From the NCBI GenBank assembly GCA_964035545.1, contig OZ037768.1, positions 1,706,741-1,770,740 of the forward strand: a stretch of 64,000 nucleotides of DNA, read 5' to 3'. Positions 12,560 to 25,682 of the stretch are shown here, one piece after another. This stretch comes from Bugula neritina (taxonomy: Eukaryota; Animalia; Bryozoa). Positions within the stretch are counted from its first letter, which is position 1, and the number at the start of each line of letters is the position of its first letter. Made by a program: the position numbers and the translations under genes. The notes beneath the pieces were generated by a model. It was not told where the DNA came from and did no database searches. It saw nothing but the letters and a program-made list of their open reading frames with translations.

Positions 12560-15500
12560 ATGATTTTATCTAAAGATTTTGTCGAGAAGCACATATCTCA
12601 GCAGTCAACTGGATCTGGCTACGTTTTAAACTTTAGAATGTGTCATTTACAAGCCCTTGAATACGAGTTTCAATGGGGTCGTTGGATTGAAAGGTACTGC
12701 AAATTGAAAACATTAGAGCATCCATAATTATCTATGCTTATTTTAAAATATAGATATTTTCTATAACTTACGACTGTAAAGTATAGAATGTGCTTAAAAG
12801 AGATTGAAGTCAATAATTTTTCAGCTAATACTAATAGTAATTAAGAAAAAATCTTGTTGATTGTCACTTTTACCAAATAAGTTAAACTGACCTCCCGGGT
12901 TTGTCTCGTAATTAGTTGATTTGTTGCAGAGATGAACTGCCTTACCAAGATTCTAAAAAGACGGATCAGCCAACAAGAGTTTTCAAAGTTGATGCTTCAC
13001 TAAACGAACTCACAGAAATTGCAATTGACTCGCTTCTACCTTTTCTTAACTTAAAATCTCTAGACCTCTCATTAAATAGAATTCAAAAGTAAGACTCCTC
13101 AACCAATTTTATATTAGTTGCTATAATATTTATATTATATTTTTATCAGTTAAATAAAGACCCATTAAATAATAAGTTGCAAAGCTGGTAAGTGGCAACT
13201 GGGTTAGCTCTATGTCATTATTTAACTTTAAAAATTTCTAATAAGTCACTAAAACATGATTCATATTATTGTCATATTTATTTCAAAATGTTTGTATAAA
13301 AAATCAGTCACATTGAGTTATTGATTTAATAAGAAAACTAAAAAAAGTAAATCTATAACTGAGAAAGTTTTAATCTATTGAAAGTAAAGTCTAACTTATT
13401 ATGTCATTATTATGTAGGATGTGCAGTCTGGGACAGTTTCGTTCTCTCACCAATGTGAATCTGTCACACAACAAAATCAGCTCTATATTATTTCTGAGCA
13501 CAGCTACTGCTGTAACTAATCTCAATCTTTCTATGAATGAGATTATGGAAATAACTAGTCTACCTACTTTAGTTGGGCTGAATGTCTTGCATCTCAGTGA
13601 TAACCAGGTAAGCTCTAACAACAAAAGTCACCAATAAAAACATAGTTTAGTATACAAATCATAGTAATCAACGTTTATGCATGTTGCAACAAAACTCTAA
13701 TACCTGAATCTTTGAAAAATAATGCTATAGTGTTGCATTTTAAAGTCGTGTGAAACTATGTTGATGTATGCATGCATGAGCCTAGTATTTAACAGGTCTT
13801 TTTTGGTAATGCAATTTATGTAGTGTTTAGTTCAGCAAAACAAATAGTATAATTAATATAAAATAGCAGCTGTATGCTTTTATAGGACAATTTCAGTAGG
13901 TGAGTTGTAACTCGTAGCTATATTTTTGTTAACATTGCCATACCGTATTAAGCATATCAAGTTATACAAAGATATATTTTATTTGCTATATACATATTTG
14001 TACTGCATGTCTATTATATTTCATAGTGCCTCAACACATTATCTTAGCTTACAATTTTCTTGCCTTTTCTACATCATTTCTTGTTTATTCATCATTTTAC
14101 GTTGTCTTTTGTTATAAATTTATTATTTTATGAGTAATATTTTCATTGCACTAACATATTATTATAATTATTCATTCTTAAACACCGCTTAATTTAAAAT
14201 GTTTATAATTCGATATAGTTGCTACAATTTATAATAATGAGTCTTATAATTTTTCACTATATTACCTGAATTATTTTATAACAATAAAATGCACTAGACA
14301 TGTATGTATTGAAAAACTAGCTTTCTGTCAAATGACTGTTGGTTCAACTCAAAATCTGATTTTTTTCACAGCTGACCTCATTGAATGGCGTACAGTCACT
14401 GCCATATCTGAAAGAGTTACATGTTCAAAGAAATCATATCGACAACCTGACCCCCCTGTCAGCCAATAGACATTTAGTAAGTCTCAATGCTGCCCATAAT
14501 GACATCAGCTCTCTGAAAAATACCTTGCACACCCTGCAGTTTCTCACAGAGCTCAAATCTATTATTCTATTTGTAAGTATATGATTTAGAAGTGCTCAAT
14601 ATAAATGTATTTTTAAAGTTAAAAATGTGTGTAAATTTGGTAAAGCATCCAATATAATGTATATATGTTGTTTTTTGATGGTTAATACAAACAATTATCT
14701 GATAAATATTGGAAACTTTAAAAACAGACGCTAAAACCACAGTTTGGTAGTAAAAGTCTACCCATGGTTTTACCAACAATGTTTGGTATTAGAATGGTGC
14801 TACTATATTAGTCACTTAATAATTGAGAGTTGTCTTTCCTATTTATCATTTATTTTGTGATTTAAATAACAATTGGCAGCTCATTTCAGCTATAATAAAG
14901 CACAAGTCCAACAGCTAGCTTCTATTCAAATTGCTAAGATATAATGTAATGATGAGACTAGATAAATGTTAAAAAATGAATCAGTTGGTATATTATAGTT
15001 TGCAAGTATTTTTTGTATGTAGGAGTTTACCAACAAGTTTATCACAAAATACAAACTTTTATATGTATTACCTCAACGCAGGGTAACCCAATAGAAAAGG
15101 CTAGTGACTATCAAAAGGCAATGATGAGCGTTCAGTCCTTGACCTCAGTAGATAATGTGACTCTCCGCAAAGACCTTTCACATCTAGTAAGAGTTTTAGA
15201 AATATTCAATGGAAAGTTACAGAAAAGCATCCAAGATACATTTTGACCATTTAGTGCATAGAAACTCTTGCACATTTGCTCATTCCATGTAAATGTTTTT
15301 GTTGCTGTCAGGCGCACCGCACTGAGACGGAAAATATGAGTAATCTGAAAGACGCTGCCCGTCAAGCGTTTTGGAATCAGCTGACGTTGCGTCGAGATCA
15401 CATGGAGGAAAATGTGAGATTTCTACAAAAAAGAATTCTGTAAGTTTGCTTTGCTGTTTATTAGTCTACCTAGAATATAACTGTCAGTGCTTTGTAGCCT

Positions 15501-16561
15501 ATGAGATTTAATTATTTTATACTTTTGTGAACTTTTTAAAAGGCCATTTGTGAGGGCAAGTGTAATATTTATTTTAGCCCAATCCTAGGCTCAGAAACCT
15601 GCATGGTAATTAAAAGACAGTGATAGTATTCTATGGTCTCCTATATATAGCTATTTTTATGTTTTATCATCATGCTGAGTAGAATTTTTACATATTTAAA
15701 TGTATTTGTGTATTTCCCAATATAATTATAGACAACTACAAGATGAGTTTGCTGATTATGAGTCCAAACTTCAGAGTGAACTCGAAACTACTCTCATGTG
15801 AGTTGATGCTGAATAACTTTATTTATTATAGATATCATTATAGCCTGTGTGCTAATTGTTCTACATAGCATGTGTGCTAATTGCTATATGTTTGGTATAA
15901 GTTTTATAATATTTAGTTTCTACATGCAAAAGATTTGGAAGATACAATCTAAACAATATTGATTTTGCAAAAAAAAATATATTATGGAAGTTTTTAGGAC
16001 TTGTCATCAACATGTAAATTGTTAGTTGTTTCATCTTCAATATTCCAGAGCTTTTAATACTTTCTATAATAGATTAACCTCCAGAACTCCGCCCACAAAC
16101 TATTCTTAGCTGCATGTAACAAACAGTGGTAATTATAGGCATTTGGATGGCTTAACCTTGGATCCTACCAATAGAGTTCCTCTAATAGTTCCGACAGCGA
16201 CTACCCCCCAACCCAGACCATCAACACAGAATGAACCAGTCATTTCACCAACTCTTCCTCAGGTAGAAATTATAGTACATGTAATTATTTACTGAATTAA
16301 TTTAGCTGATTCAATATGGTTTAAAAAACTGCTGATCGCCTGCTGCTAAAGGTTATATTTTTCATCGCAACATAGTGGTCTTGTTCTTTGACATTACAGA
16401 GACGCGTGGACTCACCACCCATACAACTACAGTTACCCGCAGAACCTAAGCCGTACATCAAAGGAGACTACAAAGGTCTCACAGATCCTGGTGAGATTCT
16501 GCGTAACGTTTCTAAAGAACTTGACAAGACAAAGAATTTTCCAAGACCGAGCAAGTACTGA
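12560..16561 (+). CDS. SDS22-like leucine-rich repeat protein with C-terminal coiled coil; 9 exons (~12560-12693, 12930-13088, 13418-13607, 14372-14572, 15082-15186, 15312-15438, 15732-15797, 16140-16262, 16399-16561)
   Basis: LxxLxLxxNxI repeats (LKSLDLSLNRI, LTNVNLSHNKI, VTNLNLSMNEI, LNVLHLSDNQL, LKELHVQRNHI, LVSLNAAHNDI), LRR cap GNPI...YQKAMM...LTSVDN, then a helical segment (EENVRFLQKRILQLQDEFADYESKLQSELE). Exons splice in frame; orthology not recognised. Confidence 0.8.
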
Positions 16562-17212
16562 ATGTATCTGAATGTGTCATGTCAACTTCTATCATCTCTG
16601 AAGTCTAGCCTCTAAGCTTAAGACTTCTGATACAGTATGCAATATATAACAGGAACCACATGCTGTGCATTGCTGGAAGTATCTCTATATCCTGTCAACT
16701 ACACAATACAAGTAGAACAACTCCGAAGCTAATTCAAAGTTTATGCAGAATTTTTGTTTTTGTAAATCTTTACCCATAAACTTATATTGAAGGTTTGTTA
16801 AGTTTGCAGCATTTCTATAAGCCTGAGTAAACTATCTAGAATGAATTACAAACCATTCAAATTTGTTACTCACTAATGAAAAAAAAACATCTTTTTTTAT
16901 ACTACATTAGGCTACCATTAATTTTTAGGAAACTGTTTTCTTCATTTCTAAAATTATCAAATCTATAACATTTATACATGAATATATATATTTTTTCTAT
17001 TTGATTGCTATTGGCCATCATATGTGTATATGCAAATAGTATCCCAACACTTAGAGTTGTGCAAAATATTACTAAAAATATAAAAAAGGAAGTACACTTT
17101 TGTATTACAAGTATATAATAAAAATATAATATGCATGTGACTTTAAAGTGCATAACAAGAATGGCATGTTTAGGTAAAAGTCCTTAATATCGTTAGCAAC
17201 AAACTGTGGGAG

Positions 17213-20127
17213 TTAAGAGCCTCTTTTCTGTCTCATAGCCTTAAACCTAGACACTCTAGCTGAGGGTTTATCAGATACGCCCGCTGTTTGTGGTTGTGAG
17301 CTTTGGAGCGGTTCAATTGGGTTTCTTTCAACTACATTTTCTTGTATGGCAGTGATTTTACTCTAAAAATAATTCAATATATATGAACAACGCTTGACAA
17401 AAATTGGAAATTTATTAAGCTAATGAATGTATGAGAATGCAACCAATCAGCATACAGAACACAAACCCCAGAACCAATCAGCATTGAGACCAAACTCTTA
17501 AATTACTGAATTATTTCTAATTTGAACTCACATCTTTTGGAGGTAAATATTTAGGTAATTTTTCTTCACTTGTTGAACCTGTCTTTGTATCGTCTGTAGA
17601 CACCGCATTCGATTTTACTTGTTCAAATGATCTTTGACCTTTTAGAATAGACTTAGGTTTCCAAAACAGTTTGTATATATCAGCGGGGGAGACAATGCTC
17701 CCCTCTTCCTGAGTAGTAAGTGTTTTGTCATTGTCTGTATTAGAACGTGGTGAATGTTTGAAGTGAATAACTGAACTGCTATTAGAGAGGCTGTCATCTG
17801 AGTCGGTACTTTCACTGCTGTCAGAGGACGAGTCATCCGGTAGCTTTAGCGCTGTGTCGCCACTCACATCACCTTCCCAGTGAACACTCTACACAGTATA
17901 TACGTATTTTGATATTTCAAGTGATCAGCTTTTAGTTGTCCTGTCCATTAAACATCACATTGAAATAACTACAATTTTTTTTCAATTTTCAATCAACAGT
18001 CAGAAAAGTTTTATTGTAATATGATTCATTGCCATAATTTAAAAGCAGATACAGTTACTATTTCAACAGATATATCAAATTTATTTTTCATTAGCTCAAG
18101 ATATGAGAATAAAACAATTTATATTTTGCATCATGACTAATCAACAATTTTTGGAATGAATAATTATTAGCTGTGCAAGACACCAACCACGTGCTTACCT
18201 TGGTATTCTGGTCATTTATTGTCTCCTTGGATTGTGACTGCAAACCAGTGCCTAACCTGCAGAGAATAGCAGTACATGACTAGCAGGATCTTCCAGTAAT
18301 TTTACTTCATTTCACATTTATTCAAGAATCAGCAAGCTGCTGTAACCAAGGAGGTTAGCAGAATTGGGAGTTATTTGCCCTCAGAAGAATAGTTTTGTAT
18401 ATATAACAGCGTGTAGTTGCAAAGTATATTCGACATAATAACATACCTTTCTAGCTCCTTCTCTCGTAACTCTTGAAGCTCCAACTCTTCTAGACGTTTC
18501 AGTACGTCATCCTCAGTGTGACAAGATAACTTTGACTTCACCTCCGCACTCTTTTCTCTTTTTACATTCTTCCTGTGTGTTTCTACAAATTGGCATTCCA
18601 AATCTTACGAATTGTGAGTCAACGAGCAACATTTTGCATAATTTCAGCGATTCTAACATCACACAATTTTACAAAGACGGCTTTTTTATAAATATGGATA
18701 GTGCTGACTAAAAAAAATTGCAACAGAATAACTACATTGGGTGAGCGCTACGAAAGAAACCAAACTAATGACAAAAATTATAACAGTGAGAATACCCCGC
18801 CATTTTCTTTCTTCATCAGAATTGTATTCTTCCGTAATATCAAACTCATCGACAGCAAACTCTCGCTTTGTAAAATCTTTTCGAGTTTTCAGAAGTCTTT
18901 TCTGCTCATTGATTTGTTGAATTGATTTTTCAATATCTACAAAACATAATAAAGTATTAAATACTTACAAGTAAGTTAGCAATGAATCAAACGGTAGTAA
19001 ACAAATTTGTACTTATACCTAATTCGATACGTTTGTAGTTTTTATACCATAAAACATATAAAAACGCTACAAATACTAGCATTGATGACAACCCAATATG
19101 TGATGAACTAACTATCCCATAAATATCAGCAACTGACCAGCAAGACGTCTGTCTATTACTTCACATGATTGCTTGGCAGACATTTCTGCAAACCAGTTGT
19201 CTCCAAGAAGCACCAGAACTTCATTTGTGTGAATGAGCTGGCCAGGCATGAAGGCCAAGGGACCAAAAGGCACCTGAAAACAAAACAAACACATTCAGGG
19301 TATTACCTAGAAGTCAAAGTGGAATCAACCTGAAAATAGACATGAAAAAGCAAAAAATAAAATAGCGATATCAACACCATACCATGTAATCATATGTAAC
19401 CTGGTCAGGTAAGCTCTTAATTTTATTCTGCAGTTTTTCATAATCCTCTTTAAACTTTTCCCTAAAATAGAGCAATAAACATGCTTTTATAAAACTTTGA
19501 GTAAAAAACAGTTGCCTTAGGCAGGGTAGTAATAAACAAACATGTCCATAAGCACACATGAATATTCATTACTAATATTTATTATTATATTTTATCAACA
19601 TAATGATAACGATAATCAGGATGCATAAGTAGTAGTACTAACAGTGACTTCAAGTCTAATAATATAAGTATATTACTATTACTATTACTATTAGTATTAC
19701 TAATACTAATACTAATAGTAAGACTAAGTAACAAGTACAGTTCAAGTAGTACATATTAATATTTATATGATGACAGCTATTATAATTATTAATATTACAA
19801 TATTTTAATAACAAGTAACATTATTAAAATTATAATGATAATCATACAACTTGTATTACAATAACATTAACTGTAAGACATAAGTTTATTATAAGTTAAA
19901 GTATAAGTATAATAATTACAAACCAACTGCATCACCTATGACACTATCAACACTGACGATAGCAGCAATTACAATACCATTACTATTATTATGCTACCAT
20001 TTTTAATATATAATTAATAAAAAAGTTTTTATTTTAACAAAATTTACCATTTCTTTAGTTCTTCTTCCGAGTTCTTGAAAGCTTTGTCTTGTTCTTCGGT
20101 TAAACGTTGGAGACCAGCATAATCCAT
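17213..20127 (-). CDS. URI1: Unconventional prefoldin RPB5 interactor (URI1/RMP/Bud27)
   Basis: Alpha-prefoldin domain MDYAGLQRL...WEKFKEDYEKLQNKIKSLPDQVTYDYMVPFGPLAFMPGQLIHTNEVLVLLGDNWFAEMSAKQSCEVIDRRL, then VIHFKHS, IVSPADIY...PKSILK and the C-terminal URI box RVSRFKAMRQ. Confidence 0.93.
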
Positions 20128-20499
20128 AGCTTCTAGTTCTATATAAATTATATTTATTTGAATAGCAATAGAAAGTCCAAGCTTTTTTAGTAACTTCAAA
20201 GCACAATGTCAGTAAATACTAATATGCATTGCATTATTATTACCGTAAGGTAGATTGCTTTTTCAATCTTGGCAGTTCACGCTCGACATTAATTAATTGC
20301 GCAAAACACCACGGATGCAGGTATGAACGTTATTTTCGAGTCCTTGGCAAAGTACGTCTGTTTGTCTACAGACTTGGTTGTAGTAGGTCAAGGCTTTGCT
20401 GTAACCAAAGTTTCAACATTAATGAGGAAAAACGAGTGGCTTTACGGCGTCTCCTATCCATGCTAGGTTCGGGCGTTCCATTTTCTTCAAAATGGCGAC
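20128..20499. promoter_or_regulatory. Probable bidirectional promoter URI1/MRPL3, with a YY1-like motif CAAAATGGCG overlapping the MRPL3 ATG
   Basis: Divergent ATGs 364 bp apart; caaaatggcgac at 20488-20499 matches the YY1 consensus (AAAATGGCG). Confidence 0.5.
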
Positions 20500-23400
20500 T
20501 GCTGTAAAGCTGCAGCAGCGACATGTGAGATTGTTAGCCAACTATTGTTTTCCATTCAACAGTCACAACTACACAAACAGTAGAACCAATAAACATTTTC
20601 ACACTAGCAAGTTAGTATCTTTCATTGAATTTATGAATTTTTTAGCAATGAAATTTCAGTTCCCGTTGAAATTCAAATATACTTGTTACAATTATGAATT
20701 AATAAATTATTATATTTATTGAAATTTAAAATTATGATAATAAAATAAATTTGAATTGTTATTAGATTTCAATTTGAGTTTACCATTATACATATAGTAT
20801 TACGATTACTTAGTCTAAGTATTGCTATCAGTATAACTATTGCTATGACTATTATTATTAGCATTAAATTTTAATTATTGTTATATCTTATTGCTTACTT
20901 TTAGTTTTAGTTTTGCAGTTGATGTAAGACTTTCACTTTGAGTGTAACACTAACTGTAAGTCTAAGTGTAAAACTATGTGTTTAGTTTACTAATAGTTAG
21001 TGATACTTATAATAATAGTGATACTGGGATACTGATGGTGATAAATCACCATATTCATTCTTTTATAGAGTCATTGGAATTGGATAGACTTGAAATTCGT
21101 AATTGTAATAAGTTTCCATTGAACTTGAAGTGTTTTATATCTGTGCTCATCTGTCATCGTGCTTGAAAAAAGTCAACATTTCATTTGCCTCAGCAAGTTG
21201 ATAAGATAAATATATTCATTTAAAAACGATATATGTATGACTATAATAATGCAACATGGCTATACCTTGTTGATTTCACAGTCAAAAGTAAACATTTATT
21301 CAACCTAATTTTTCCTCAGGCTCTATTTTCAACAATCAGAATTTGATCTAAACTCTAAAAGTTCCAAGTATCAAGAAATAAAAATAAAATGGGCCACCAG
21401 CAAGAAGGACATACCCAGGTTTTATTGGATTAAAGATACACCGTCACCGGAAGAGGTGAATTTTGGACTCACAGAGGAAAATGAATTGCATTTTAACAAC
21501 AAGTCTCTCAGCTTGCCTTACGCTTCCACCAGTCCACTGGTTCATGAGCCGTGGCCCCGGAACTCTTGGAAAGAAAAGGGATTGTATGTATTGTTTGCTT
21601 CAAGGAATCTCAAGTTTATTAAACTCTTCCTGTGGTGTATGATTTTTGATTTGTTTCAAAAATTAGGGTAGTGTAAAGTTTCTTTGGGTGAAATGAAAAA
21701 GGCATAACTTTACTGTAACTAATTGTAGTTATCTGCCATCAAAACGCTCGACTTGTTTTGACTTGACTTATACTCCTTCAAGTTTTGCCTTGACTATGCC
21801 TTAACTTGCTTTCTGTCTTCTTGTAGGACCCTTAGAACCGGCCTTCTTGCCATTAAAATTGGAGTCGTCCCTCAGTGGACTGTAACCGGAAAGAAGGTTC
21901 TCTGCACCATGCTTCAGGTTAGTTGGCTTCTCAGCTGCTCTTGGAGAGAGGCGGAAGAAAAACCTACTTCTTTACTGTTGTACTTTTCTCTTGCCAAAAG
22001 GCAATATGCCTTCCCACAGTTGAACTACTATAGAAAAAAATTATCTTTGCTCCATGTGTTATAACTCTGTATGAAGTTGTGTGCCCTTGCTTTGTGTAGG
22101 TTCTTGATAACCACGTCATAGACTACAGGCGACCTGTTCCCTCTATGATGCCAGATTTCTCTAAGAAGGGCAAACTGAGGCAGAAATATGGAGTGTGTAT
22201 AGTGGGCGCTATGAGTGAATCCCCACTAAATGTGAGTCGATACTTATTTGTGACACGAATGGTATGCTGTCTGTATTCTATTCTCAAGACAATTGTAAAA
22301 ATTTGAAAAATGTCTCCTAATATCATTTTTCTTACAACTTCATTTTCAACAAAGTTTAACTTTAAACTAGACTGGCACGAAATTCATGTGTTAGACAAAC
22401 AGCAGAATTATCAAATATTTTATTTTCAAGTGTTCTGCAGTATTTTAAATGAGTTGAGGTGCTGAGAGTCCTAGTTATCCCTCACTGCTCTGAATGCAGA
22501 CATATTGTAATATTGTAATGAATGCGTATGAACTGACACTGAGGTTACTCTTTCAGTTTTCAGAAGCATATAATCAACTGTTCATAAAGAGTGGTGTTCC
22601 TCCTAAACGGAAAATTACGAACTTCATGGTTACAGAAGATGCCGCCGTCCCTCCAGGTCAGTGTGTAGACAACCACATGACCTGTAGCTGATTATTTCTA
22701 ATTCTACTCTGCCTGTAACATCTGGAGACATGTGAGCATATACATCAGCTAATAACATGTCTACAGTTATACTCTTATATGCAGGTACTCCCTTGACTGC
22801 ACAGCACTACCGAGTGGGGGATTATGTCGATGTACACGCTAAAACGTATGTCCTTTTTTTATGTGTTACTAGTTCTCTGTGTATGTTACTTGCTCTTCTC
22901 TGTGTATGTTACTTACTCTCTCTGTGTATGTTACTTACTCTTCTCTGTGTATGTTACTTACTCTCTCTGTGTATGTTACTTACTCTTCTCTGTGTATGTT
23001 ACTTACTTTTTATCTTTCTATGTTACTTACTATTTCTGTATGTATGTTCTATACTTAGTGAGGTCACATTGTTTGTTATTTGAATTAAACTAAGTTGATA
23101 GTCAATATGCAGTTATAGTAGTATAGCATGTACAACTGTATGCTGAGAGAGCTACTTTTTATTGCAGAATAGACATGGGATTCCAGGGCGTGCTCACTCG
23201 ATGGGGTATGAAAGGTGGTAGAGCTAGTCACGGCGTTACCAAGGCACACAGGAGAATTGGAAGCATAGGTGGTGGTGGAGTAAGTTATTGCATATTGGAG
23301 TTGCTTCACTTATGGTTGCATGGCTGAATGCCACAACAGAGTCATAATTTCTACCTCTTTTTGTGTTGCCTTATATTTGGTTCAATATTATATATATAAT

Positions 23401-24846
23401 GGAAGATTGAACATGTTTTTCCAGCAGAGTGCACACTGTTGGATGTTTTATACTACTAAAGTTTACTGGTAGAACAAGTGGTGGTCAGTCACATACACTG
23501 AGTTGTGTGAATCTTGTAGGATAAAGGAGGCATTTGGAAAGGGAAGAAAATGCCGGGACATATGGGAGGCCGATTCAGGTATCACAGAGGATTACAGGTA
23601 AGTGAGAGTTTCCTGTCGGCCATTAGTCCTCTCGGGGCTTAACTTATCAGCAGACGACCTCAAGTCTACCAGCTGCTGTGACAGCAGACGTTCTATATTG
23701 AGGCGGGAGTTTGGGCTATTTTTTGCCTCAGATAAACTCCCGATTACTGCATGCTTCAGTTTTGTATGTGTTGGTATTTTGCATCTCTATAGTCAGTAAC
23801 AAGTCACATAGGCGTCTCGCTTTAACCTTTTGGTTTTAAAATCTCAATCACACACGAGATGAGATGAAATTTTGAAACAATTTTTACACACCTGATTCTC
23901 CTCCCCATTAAACATGGAGAAAACATGCCGAGTAGCTGGTGATGAACCAGCACTTCCTGGAGGGGACAAACCGTTATTAACTTCGCCATTGAGAACTGGT
24001 TTCGCTAAGCATTCTCCCAAGAGAGAACGTGACTCCAGTATAAAATTGTGTTTATACCTTTTTCTCAAAAAGAGCTGAAATGAGCTCCGTTTTGTAGCCT
24101 CACTACAAGTCGTCTCAAGATCACTTTTTAGCATTAATACATAACTCGCTTACTATTTTCTTGATGCCCTTTGAAAAGGTAATGTGTTCGAAAAGTCAAT
24201 TGCATTAAAGTGATAATGAGAACTGTGACTAATTGCAATTTAACGCTTTTACTTCAAGTAAGTCATTTAATATAGAATGTCATGTTATGTACTGATAGCT
24301 AATCTTTCCTGTTATTTCTATACTGAAACACATGGCAATATTTCTTTTATGATACAAAAAATCTCTGTCTCCTTGCGCAAATTAACTTTTTGATTTTAAA
24401 TCATAAAGGTGATACTGCACCTTTAGCATAGTACTAAGGGTAGAGAACTCAAAAGCGTTGTTAGTTTAGATTTATATAAAATATAAGTGTATATTTTGTA
24501 ATTTTAGATACTGCGAATAAACACCAAGTACAACGTGATATATGTTCGGGGAGGGAACTTGCCTGGACCTCCCAGGTCGTATGTACGTATACTAGACACA
24601 CTGCTACCACACCGCAGGTCTCTGCTGAACTCAAATCCTCCCCCCATGCCTACATTCTACCCGGAAGATTCCGTGCCGGACACGCCCGAGAACATGTACC
24701 ACGAGAGTCTGTTTACCTACGACGATGACTTTGTGTCCTACGAGGGGCTAGATCCTAATAATTTAAATCTGTACAGCAAACAATACATTCTGGTGGGCGG
24801 TACGAAGGATGGGAAGAATCACTCGTACCGTCGTGGTATTCTCTAA
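20492..24846 (+). CDS. MRPL3: Mitochondrial ribosomal protein L3 (uL3m); exons ~20492-20610, 21320-21583, 21827-21917, 22100-22231, 22557-22656, 22785-22845, 23168-23279, 23520-23597, 24508-24846
   Basis: [15 protein letters not shown]...[89 protein letters not shown]; basic N-terminal presequence. Confidence 0.96.
22873..23045. repeat. Intronic ~23-25-bp tandem repeat TCTCTGTGTATGTTACTTACTC
   Basis: Visible tandem units after the MRPL3 donor at 22846. Confidence 0.85.
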
Positions 24847-25682
24847 GTCTAGCCTCTCTACTTGTGACTCCACAGAGAGCGTCTCATTGCACTAAAAGGA
24901 GGCACAATGTTGCTGGCTGAAATAAACTACAAGACTTGTACTCTGAATATATGATGATTTTCTCATCAAAGAAAGTTTCTCAGTAAATGTTGCGATAAAC
25001 TAATATTTGGCGCAAATATTTAAAAGTGAAATAATTTCCATTGTGATGATACTGTTTGTGACTGATGATTTTTAATAGTTCATCAAGAGTCTGGGTGATA
25101 TTTGCACAACCCAATAGTTTGGCTTATTTATCTAAATAAATATGTTGGAAATATTATAAGTTATTTTAAGTTTCTTTTAAGTCATCTATTAAGTTGATAT
25201 CATGTAGGCTTCAACTTCTGGTACTTCTATACATTTTTGTGGCCCTTAAATTTTAGTATTATACTTGAAATGCTCCTGAAAGCGTTTTTTACTACTGGCC
25301 TATTTTACATCTTAACTGTGAGAGGCATTCATCTTCTTTGATGTGGTTGCAAATGATGGGATGATATTATATCACCTTCTAGTCAAGAGGCCAGGGTTAC
25401 CAACTAATCTAATGGGCGCTCAAAGATGTAGATCGTGGTCTATTTTAAGACTGAACTGCAACGTGTTAGCCACTTCTCCGGCCAGCTATATATTAGAGTG
25501 TGTTTTTGTTTTGGGGCTTTAATAAGTAATAATGCCTTTAACTGCTTATCGCCTGCCATTAGTACATTAAAATACATTATCAACTTCTCTGAGCTAATGG
25601 TACAGGTGGATCTTCTCAGACACACAGCGTAACGTCACTATCTCAATTAAAGTGCCATTTATGCTCCCTGAGCTCCACAAGA

